IMG/VR virus record: IMGVR_UViG_3300024262_006558
Span: 124,001-188,000 of that record
DNA length: 64,000 bases
Direction: 5' to 3' (one strand)
The notes below the pieces were generated by a model. The model was given only the letters and a program-made list of their open reading frames with translations, ran no database searches and had not been told where the DNA came from. Position numbers and translations under genes: made by a program. Every line of letters begins with the position of its first letter. The first letter of the stretch is position 1. Of the stretch, positions 57,622 to 64,000 are shown piece after piece.

Positions 57622-57858
57622 ATGGATAAGATAATTAATTTTACTAAGACTTTTTTTTGGCTACCTGCAGGCGCTCCTAATCCAATTGGATTATTTATCT
57701 TTACCTGGTTTATGTCTTTGGTTCCCTTTTTTATATATGGACAAACAGATAAATCTATGGAAATAACATATTACATTGGAGGTATAGGTACATTAATAAC
57801 AATTGCCAGCTATATATATTTAGTAATAAGAAAGCATTTTAAAAGAATAAAGAAATGA
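57622..57858 (+). CDS. Small two-TM membrane protein
   Basis: Two hydrophobic segments and a basic C-terminus. Confidence 0.6.
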   Translation: MDKIINFTKTFFWLPAGAPNPIGLFIFTWFMSLVPFFIYGQTDKSMEITYYIGGIGTLITIASYIYLVIRKHFKRIKK

Positions 57859-58346
57859 AAAATAAGAGCGAAAAACAAAGAATGGAAGAACTCTTAGAGG
57901 GTTTTACTCAAAAAGGTGCTATTCTAAAAAAAGAAGACACTACCGAAGTTAGCGAGGAATCAATCAACGAGACATATAAGAAATTCCAAAAAAACGCTTT
58001 CCAAGAAAGAGACGTGGTTCAAGAACTGTTTTCTCAACCTGGAGCTCGTGGAGGCGCTGGAGAAAGTGTAAACTCAATTATCGATACTCAAGGAGATGAG
58101 GTAAAGCAAGGTCAATATGGGATGAATAGAGAGAAGATGCCTTTAGCAAATTCTAGTTTAACACCTAAAGAGGCTTTAGAGGTTTCCATAAAAAGAACTG
58201 TAGAGTCTGGCGATCCAATAAACGGTATTGCTTTCTATGATGAAGTTAACTGGAACCTTTCAAAAATGGGATTCAACCCTAAAGCTGCTATAGATATCAA
58301 ATCTGCACTTGGAGATATTATCAAATATGGAGAGATCAGAGATTAA
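57855..58346 (+). CDS. Hypothetical protein
   Basis: 163-aa ORF. Confidence 0.6.
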   Translation: MKNKSEKQRMEELLEGFTQKGAILKKEDTTEVSEESINETYKKFQKNAFQERDVVQELFSQPGARGGAGESVNSIIDTQGDEVKQGQYGMNREKMPLANSSLTPKEALEVSIKRTVESGDPINGIAFYDEVNWNLSKMGFNPKAAIDIKSALGDIIKYGEIRD

Positions 58347-58818
58347 AAGAATTATACAGGAAGAGCTGGAGATCTATTTTGAAGACCTAACGTTCGACTA
58401 TAATAGGGATTACTATCCTCCGCAGGATGTTATCAATGTATGTACTCAAGCTCTACAAGTAGCTAAAAACAATAAGCTTACAACTCATGGGGGTAATGAG
58501 GGATCAGGTATAGATAAAGCTAAATCCCTTATCAATAAAGAGCCTATGGATCATTCTGTATTAAAAAGAATGAAAGCTTTTTTTGAAAAAAACCATCAAG
58601 AGGTCATTAATCAGAGAAGTAAGGGGGCTACTATAAACGATTCTGGAGAAATACAATCTTGGGATTTGTGGGGTGGTGATGCTGGAAAAAGATGGGTTGA
58701 CAATGAAATAGCTAAACTTAATCAATCAAATCTTAAAAGTAAAAAGCTTAAAAGAGATGTTGGGATTCAGAAAACATCTACGCTTATGGACCCTTATAAT
58801 ACAAGAGTTCATAAATAA
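58327..58818 (+). CDS. Conserved phage protein (KRM..FF...WDLWGGDAG)
   Basis: Motif set seen in head-region phage proteins; IKRIIQEEL N-terminus; start moved to ATG 58327. Confidence 0.6.
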   Translation: MERSEIKRIIQEELEIYFEDLTFDYNRDYYPPQDVINVCTQALQVAKNNKLTTHGGNEGSGIDKAKSLINKEPMDHSVLKRMKAFFEKNHQEVINQRSKGATINDSGEIQSWDLWGGDAGKRWVDNEIAKLNQSNLKSKKLKRDVGIQKTSTLMDPYNTRVHK

Positions 58819-58875
58819 TTCATTAGAAACTTTAAAAGGACAATATTTTTTATTAAGTTTTAATAAAAAATACAT

Positions 58876-59412
58876 ATGTCTACTCCAATAAACTACGATC
58901 AGATCAAGGAATACCAGGATACTCCAGTAATATCAGGGGAATGGGAAATACAAGATGCTGATGACGAATTAAGGCCGATAGCGGACTTTATTAAGCAAAG
59001 AACACAACACAACGAATATATATCACCTGAAAGAATTAAATTTCTTTATGGGACTAAAGCTGTAAAAAGTGGAGGTAGATATGTTACTGGAATATTAAAG
59101 AAAAGAGATAATTTCGAAAAATCAATAAATGATGATTTTGATTTTATTGTTGTGGTTTACTATAAGCTTTGGCAAGAGCTTGATATAGAAAACAAGACAA
59201 TCCAATTAGATAAAATTATTTCTGGTATAGACCCAGAGAAAATGACTAAGAAAACTCCAGATGTTTCTGAATTTACAGGAAATATGAGATTTTTTGGAGC
59301 TGACATTGTTCTTAATAGTTCTGAGGTAGTCGACATGACTGTTACTAGAATTGTAGAGGAAGAAAAAGAGGCTAAAAAAAATGACAAACAAGCATTGAAA
59401 CATGGAGAGTAA
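58876..59412 (+). CDS. Phage metallopeptidase-like protein lacking HExxH
   Basis: IKFLY...G...FDFIVVVY..LWQELD...QLDKIISGI...PDVSEF follows the putative phage metallopeptidase pattern (normally LDHELxH...HDxEEF). Confidence 0.55.
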   Translation: MSTPINYDQIKEYQDTPVISGEWEIQDADDELRPIADFIKQRTQHNEYISPERIKFLYGTKAVKSGGRYVTGILKKRDNFEKSINDDFDFIVVVYYKLWQELDIENKTIQLDKIISGIDPEKMTKKTPDVSEFTGNMRFFGADIVLNSSEVVDMTVTRIVEEEKEAKKNDKQALKHGE

Positions 59413-59698
59413 TACATTAAAATCATTGCTACAATCTGTAGCTACTAAGCTTACGTCTGAGAGAGATGAGACGATTTCTAAAATAAATCGTCTCATCGAC
59501 TCGCCTTATGATCCTAATATAAACTCTGAAGAGATTTTAACTAACCATTTTAAATCATGGGCTATATCGGAGTTAGGTATTATGAAAGTAAGCGAGTCAG
59601 CTAAGATGATGGATAATCAAAAAGCGGCTCAAGAACAACATAAAGAAGCTTCTCAGGGTCCTGATGAAAAGGATTTGTCACATAAACCTAAACAATAA
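59402..59698 (+). CDS. Hypothetical protein
   Basis: 98-aa ORF. Confidence 0.55.
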   Translation: MESNTLKSLLQSVATKLTSERDETISKINRLIDSPYDPNINSEEILTNHFKSWAISELGIMKVSESAKMMDNQKAAQEQHKEASQGPDEKDLSHKPKQ

Positions 59699-59703
59699 TA
59701 TCA

Positions 59704-59934
59704 ATGACTCTCTTTATCAAATTAATGCTTACATGCTTCTTCCTAGTGTTGGGTTTTGGAGGTTATTTTATTACTCAAGACTTCTTTAGTACTATAACAA
59801 CTCAAGATTACAAAAACAGTTCTCTATTTGGAAGATTTATTACTAAAGTTATTTGGGGTACGGTAGCATCAGCTATTGTTACCTTTGAGATAATGATAAT
59901 AGTAGCGGTGTTCTCAAAACTAACTGTAGGATAA
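59704..59934 (+). CDS. Small two-TM membrane protein
   Basis: Two hydrophobic helices. Confidence 0.6.
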   Translation: MTLFIKLMLTCFFLVLGFGGYFITQDFFSTITTQDYKNSSLFGRFITKVIWGTVASAIVTFEIMIIVAVFSKLTVG

Positions 59935-60237
59935 ATGTTTAAACGATGGTGGAAATATTCTAGATGGAGATTCTATTGGCTAAACTTTAAGTGGAACTAT
60001 GGTTTTTGGTTAGGATGTAGAAAGATCTTCAAGCAAATAAAATACACAAAAGTAAATGATAAAGAGTTTTCAGTAGACCCATATGGTCACATGAGATACA
60101 AGCCTGAACAGGTTGTTACAAAAAGATTTGAAGGATTTATGTATAAAGGGATGATTGTGGATGATAATCCAGGTTTCTCAAAAATAGATAGAGAAACCTG
60201 GTCTAAGTGGAAGAAAAAGGGTTTAATAAAATTATAA
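59935..60237 (+). CDS. Trp/Lys-rich hypothetical protein
   Basis: 100 aa with an aromatic/basic N-terminus. Confidence 0.5.
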   Translation: MFKRWWKYSRWRFYWLNFKWNYGFWLGCRKIFKQIKYTKVNDKEFSVDPYGHMRYKPEQVVTKRFEGFMYKGMIVDDNPGFSKIDRETWSKWKKKGLIKL

Positions 60238-60276
60238 AACAAAAGAGGTTAGCTAAATTGCTAACCTCTTTTGTTT
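60237..60276. terminator. Intrinsic (bidirectional) terminator
   Basis: AAACAAAAGAGGTTAGC-TAAATT-GCTAACCTCTTTTGTTT 17-bp stem. Confidence 0.88.
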
Positions 60277-60301
60277 GCCCCCAATAATCAATTTTTTACC
60301 C

Positions 60302-60308
60302 TATTTAT
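60302..60308 (+). promoter_or_regulatory. Putative late promoter TATTTAT
   Basis: 22 nt upstream of 60331. Confidence 0.55.
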
Positions 60309-60330
60309 ATAAAAATCTAACCTTTTCAAG

Positions 60331-62106
60331 ATGGCGACAACCGAGAAAAAAGATAAAAACATTAATGATAAAGAGGTTCAAACCACTGGATATGAAAACA
60401 GAGGGGATGATTTCCAAAAAAACCTAGAGCTTAGAGAGTATGTTTACGATACAGTAAAAGACTTAACTGACAGAGCAACAGATCTAGCATTCGGGAAACT
60501 GGGAGTCAAGAGAGTTGATAAGCCAGCTGGCTATTATGCAACTGGACAACCTTACGGAACTGGAGTAGTTGAAGATGGCTATGGAGTAAGATATATGGGT
60601 AAGACCAAGTCTATCATACAAAAACAAATCATATACGGAACTAAAAGAATAGAGACTGACATCAAGATGATTTTATCACCTGGATCTCACAACACTTTCA
60701 CTGTAGAATATAACGGTACAGAGAATGCTATTTTTAAAGGTCACACGTCTAACACAGACGACCCTAAAGGTTTTATGATAAAAGATACCATCATTGTATC
60801 TACAGATGATAAGACTAAGCTTAAAAAGGATTTAAGACAATTCTTAAATAGAGCCGCTGAAAAAGAGGCTGATTATATAATGACATCTAAAATTGGAATC
60901 GATGATAAATGGGAAAGCACTTTACCAGGATCGATCGTTCAAGAATCAACTCAGGAAATGAAAGAAATAAACTACAAAAATATACTTGACGCTTCTCCAG
61001 AAGAAATAGCGGCAATGTTCACGCCTAAAGGATCACTTCAGGAAGCTAAGGACAATTTAAAGAATATTGACTCTGACGGTGATGAGGTTGAATTAAATCA
61101 CGCTGATGTGATTGATGCAAATTCTCAAGGAAATCTATTATTTGATGATCTGACTGAAGATGAGCAAAATAATTATCAGCAAATTTTTACTTCTATCATG
61201 AGTAAAGACTTTCCAGGTAAAGAGTTAAAAGATCTTTCAGGTGAAGAAAAAAACGCAATCTCTTCTCAAGTAGAAGATATTTGGGCTAACGAAGAAGAAA
61301 GGGAGGGTGCTATAGCAGAAATTGCTACTGCAGGAGCTCTTGGAGCGCCAGGATCAGCTGGAGCGTTCCAATACGCTTCACCATATGCATTTAAAGATTC
61401 CCCTTATATGCAAGCTCAAAAAGGTCAGCCTAAAATTAAGAAAAAGAAAAACGAAGGAGATTCCTTCTGGACTACTGTTGACACTGAAATGTTAAAAGAT
61501 AGACATCCTCTAGGTATGCCAGGTGTTAAGCCAGGGTCGAAGGATGAATTGGAAAAATCTTGGGGAGGAGGAGCAGCCGCTACTAAATTCTGGAAAGATC
61601 TTAATGAAGGAAAAGAAATCGTTCCACAGTGGGAGAAAAGAAAATTTCACTCTGATTCTGAAAACAAAGAACAAGGCGTTAACAAAAGATATTTAATCGG
61701 AGTTAAACCTACTCAAGAGCAGTTAAACGAAAGATGGGAGAAGCTATCTATGTTTGACAAGAATGAAACAATTAAAAACGCTGAAGAGGTAGTTTCTGAG
61801 GCTGACATCAAAGCTTACAATGAATATCTTGAAGAATGTGGATGTGGAAACGGAACTTATTTAAACGGTGACGCTGAAAACCAAATGTCAGGAGATGAAT
61901 ATGAAGAGTATGCTGAAGACCAATTCGAAGAAGAAAATGGTATACCAAATGAATCTGATATGATCATGGTTCAAAAGGCTCCAGATAGCTTTGTAGTATA
62001 CAAGTTCATTAAAGAACAGTTTGAGGATTCAAACAAAATGTATATCTTAGACTATAAAACTAATGAGTATGTTTCGAATCCAAACTGGATTACTCCAGAG
62101 AGGTAA
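60331..62106 (+). CDS. Large acidic late protein, putative head-internal protein
   Basis: 591 aa; IVQE, LQE, IAE and LNE motifs; GAFQYASPYAF. Confidence 0.55.
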   Translation: MATTEKKDKNINDKEVQTTGYENRGDDFQKNLELREYVYDTVKDLTDRATDLAFGKLGVKRVDKPAGYYATGQPYGTGVVEDGYGVRYMGKTKSIIQKQIIYGTKRIETDIKMILSPGSHNTFTVEYNGTENAIFKGHTSNTDDPKGFMIKDTIIVSTDDKTKLKKDLRQFLNRAAEKEADYIMTSKIGIDDKWESTLPGSIVQESTQEMKEINYKNILDASPEEIAAMFTPKGSLQEAKDNLKNIDSDGDEVELNHADVIDANSQGNLLFDDLTEDEQNNYQQIFTSIMSKDFPGKELKDLSGEEKNAISSQVEDIWANEEEREGAIAEIATAGALGAPGSAGAFQYASPYAFKDSPYMQAQKGQPKIKKKKNEGDSFWTTVDTEMLKDRHPLGMPGVKPGSKDELEKSWGGGAAATKFWKDLNEGKEIVPQWEKRKFHSDSENKEQGVNKRYLIGVKPTQEQLNERWEKLSMFDKNETIKNAEEVVSEADIKAYNEYLEECGCGNGTYLNGDAENQMSGDEYEEYAEDQFEEENGIPNESDMIMVQKAPDSFVVYKFIKEQFEDSNKMYILDYKTNEYVSNPNWITPER

Positions 62107-62126
62107 TCTCAATTTATATTCAATTT

Positions 62127-62159
62127 TAAAAGCCATGAATTAACGTTCATGGCTTTTTT
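62127..62159. terminator. Intrinsic terminator
   Basis: AAAAGCCATGAA-TTAACG-TTCATGGCTTTTT. Confidence 0.85.
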
Positions 62160-62208
62160 ATTGATTTTTTTAAAGTATATAACTACATTATCTTAAAAAG
62201 ACAAACTA

Positions 62209-62811
62209 ATGAGAATTGTAAGTAAAGCATTAGACAGGAGGCCAATTGACTTCTTTGCCAAAGACGAGGCTGGAAACGATATATCTATATCACTAGGATA
62301 TCATCAATTTATTTTTACTCCAACTAATGAAAAAACTAGAACCATTAACATTCTAGGAAGAAGAGGAAATATATTTATAGATTTTGAAGAAAAACCAGAC
62401 TTTGCGGAATACTTTAAAGCGTATACCGTAGCAGATCTAGACAGAATCAAAGCCATTCTTAATGGAGAACTCAAACCAACTACCTCAACCGCTACTAACA
62501 GCGTTCAAGTTGAGATGGATGCGAATGAGGCAAAGAATCAGATGATAGAAGAGATTCAAAATGCGGATCCATATGAAGCTTTAAATGTGGCAAAACTAGC
62601 TGAAGAAATACCAGCAGCAATACCTAGTTTGCAAGACATATTCGCAAATGATCTTTCTGAATCAGGATTTGAGGATGACGAAATAGAAGAGGTGATCGAA
62701 GAAGAAAAACCTAAGAAAAAAATAGCTTCAAAAAAAGGTCCAGGACGCCCAAAGAAAAGAGGTAGACCTAAAAAGAAAAACCCTAGAGGAAGACCTCCTA
62801 AAAAGAAATAA
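62209..62811 (+). CDS. Protein with acidic tract and three C-terminal AT-hook-like motifs
   Basis: ...EDDEIEEVIEEE...KKGPGRPKKRGRPKKKNPRGRPPKKK. Confidence 0.65.
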   Translation: MRIVSKALDRRPIDFFAKDEAGNDISISLGYHQFIFTPTNEKTRTINILGRRGNIFIDFEEKPDFAEYFKAYTVADLDRIKAILNGELKPTTSTATNSVQVEMDANEAKNQMIEEIQNADPYEALNVAKLAEEIPAAIPSLQDIFANDLSESGFEDDEIEEVIEEEKPKKKIASKKGPGRPKKRGRPKKKNPRGRPPKKK

Positions 62812-62813
62812 TT

Positions 62814-63074
62814 ATGAACTCAAAAGCTTTTAAAATAACAAGAGACGAGTTTGGCAGGAGAAAAAAGACAATCATTCAACATAAGTTAAGAGTGGTCTTA
62901 AAATGTTACACTGTATTTAATTTTGTTCTTAATGAAGAAAATGATAATTTTACGTTTAGTAAGAGTTATAAAATTAGAGGTAGAAGAATAGAAGATCAAA
63001 ATATATTACAAGGCTTCTATGAATTGGAAGATCTTGATGATGATCATTTAAAATTGAAGATTTCAGTTCTATAA
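62814..63074 (+). CDS. Hypothetical protein
   Basis: 86-aa ORF. Confidence 0.55.
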   Translation: MNSKAFKITRDEFGRRKKTIIQHKLRVVLKCYTVFNFVLNEENDNFTFSKSYKIRGRRIEDQNILQGFYELEDLDDDHLKLKISVL

Positions 63075-63778
63075 TGGAGTTAACAAAAAAAGAACAGCAT
63101 ATTATTGACACCTATAAATTAGAAATGGGAGACATTTCTAAAATAAGGGGTATATCTGAAAAACTAGGGACCAACAAGTACTCAGTGTGGATTGCTAAAG
63201 AAGCTAGAAAGAATCCAGAATTACTAGAGGACTACCAAGGTATGTCTAGCGTAATAGATTGGGCTACTGCAAACAAAGCTGATATTTTTCGTTTCTCTTT
63301 TGAAGAAGCGAAAAAAGAAGAGGAAAATTGGCACGAGTCTTTAATTAACAATCCAGTCATATCTGAAAAAATAAAGAACAAAGAAATCGATGAAGATCGA
63401 ATTATTTTTAGATGCAGTGACAATAAATATTTCTTTTATTTATTAAACGAATACGACCTATCAGTAGAAGGTAATCAAATGATGCATTGTGTAGGCGGAG
63501 CTAACTATAAACAAAAAGTTAGGAATGCTGCAGAAAATAAAGGAGGATCCTTTATAGTTTCTTTGAGAGATGAACAGAATAGACCTCATGTTACAATTGA
63601 GATAAATTCCAATACGGGAAACGAAATTCAGATACGAGGAAAAGGGAATAGCAACCTTTCTAGCAAGCTTAAAAAAAAGATAATTGAATTTGCACTTTTT
63701 GCCAGCGGATATCAAAATATCAAAGACAAAGAAATACTGGATCTAATAAACATGAACCTCACACATTTCAACCAATAA
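63074..63778 (+). CDS. PcfJ-like domain protein
   Basis: WHE, DLSVEGNQMMHCVGG, IVSLRDEQNRPHVTIEI and QIRGKGN. Confidence 0.8.
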   Translation: MELTKKEQHIIDTYKLEMGDISKIRGISEKLGTNKYSVWIAKEARKNPELLEDYQGMSSVIDWATANKADIFRFSFEEAKKEEENWHESLINNPVISEKIKNKEIDEDRIIFRCSDNKYFFYLLNEYDLSVEGNQMMHCVGGANYKQKVRNAAENKGGSFIVSLRDEQNRPHVTIEINSNTGNEIQIRGKGNSNLSSKLKKKIIEFALFASGYQNIKDKEILDLINMNLTHFNQ

Positions 63779-63794
63779 ACTATAAATCTTTTTC

Positions 63795-63801
63795 TATTTA
63801 T
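63795..63801 (+). promoter_or_regulatory. Putative late promoter TATTTAT
   Basis: Upstream of ATG 63841. Confidence 0.5.
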
Positions 63802-63840
63802 TAAAATAAAGCATTTATTTCAATAAATAATACATAAGAT

Positions 63841-64000
63841 ATGGGGCTGGGTTTACAAACAATCAATGACAGTGATGATCCTAACGCTGGAAAGGATAAG
63901 ATAAATTATAATTTTGGTATACTTGAAAATTTTTCTCCAAGTGGAATAACAAGCGCAAGCTCAGTTTCTTTTAGCGCAACATCAATTAGTGCTACCACGT
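63841..64000 (+). CDS. 5' part of a tail-fibre-like structural gene (runs off window)
   Basis: MGLGLQTINDSDDPNAGKDKINYNF...FSATSISATT; KINxNF and SATT motifs resemble the start of 26478..28580. Confidence 0.55.
   Translation, partial: MGLGLQTINDSDDPNAGKDKINYNFGILENFSPSGITSASSVSFSATSISATT

Noticed and set aside
57622-59934. Calling the two-TM proteins holins
   Set aside because: The topology is compatible, but they are 6-9 kb from the endolysin and show no recognisable holin motif.
2309-63715. Numerous 60-120 aa antisense or nested ORFs in the track (e.g. 6988-7344, 8466-8828, 10690-11055, 27826-28170, 54359-54679)
   Set aside because: They lie wholly opposite or inside well-supported genes, have Ser/Leu/Phe-rich shadow composition and show no motifs.

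Overview
AT-rich, densely coding 64-kb segment of a large (jumbo-type) contractile-tailed phage, standard genetic code. A Bacteroidota host is inferred from an Hc1-like histone gene, a TAnnTTTG promoter box and the lack of Shine-Dalgarno sites. Left to right: (i) a glyco/host-takeover block with an intein-containing GDP-mannose 4,6-dehydratase, a T5-A1-like metallophosphoesterase, a HAD-like protein, a Tad1-like anti-defence sponge, two glycosyltransferases and a gp55-like late sigma factor; (ii) a ~29-kb baseplate/tail-fibre module (gp5-, gp25- and gp6-like, Calx-beta/CBM-decorated proteins); (iii) recombination/replication genes (RuvC-like resolvase, primase, fused Mre11-Rad50, PD-(D/E)XK nuclease, SNF2 helicase with a class-3-type intein); (iv) accessory and putative head-internal genes, an amidase endolysin and two PcfJ-like proteins. 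A strand-specific TATTTAT motif precedes the virion/lysis operons. The most unusual element is a family of five small ORFs sharing an N-terminal MRKxFY(H) peptide, conserved at protein level. At least three carry pieces of virion proteins (loop-less tail tube, tail-sheath N-terminus, major-capsid segment), suggesting a tagged virion-mimic/decoy system. All family assignments come from motif recognition by eye; no database search was run.
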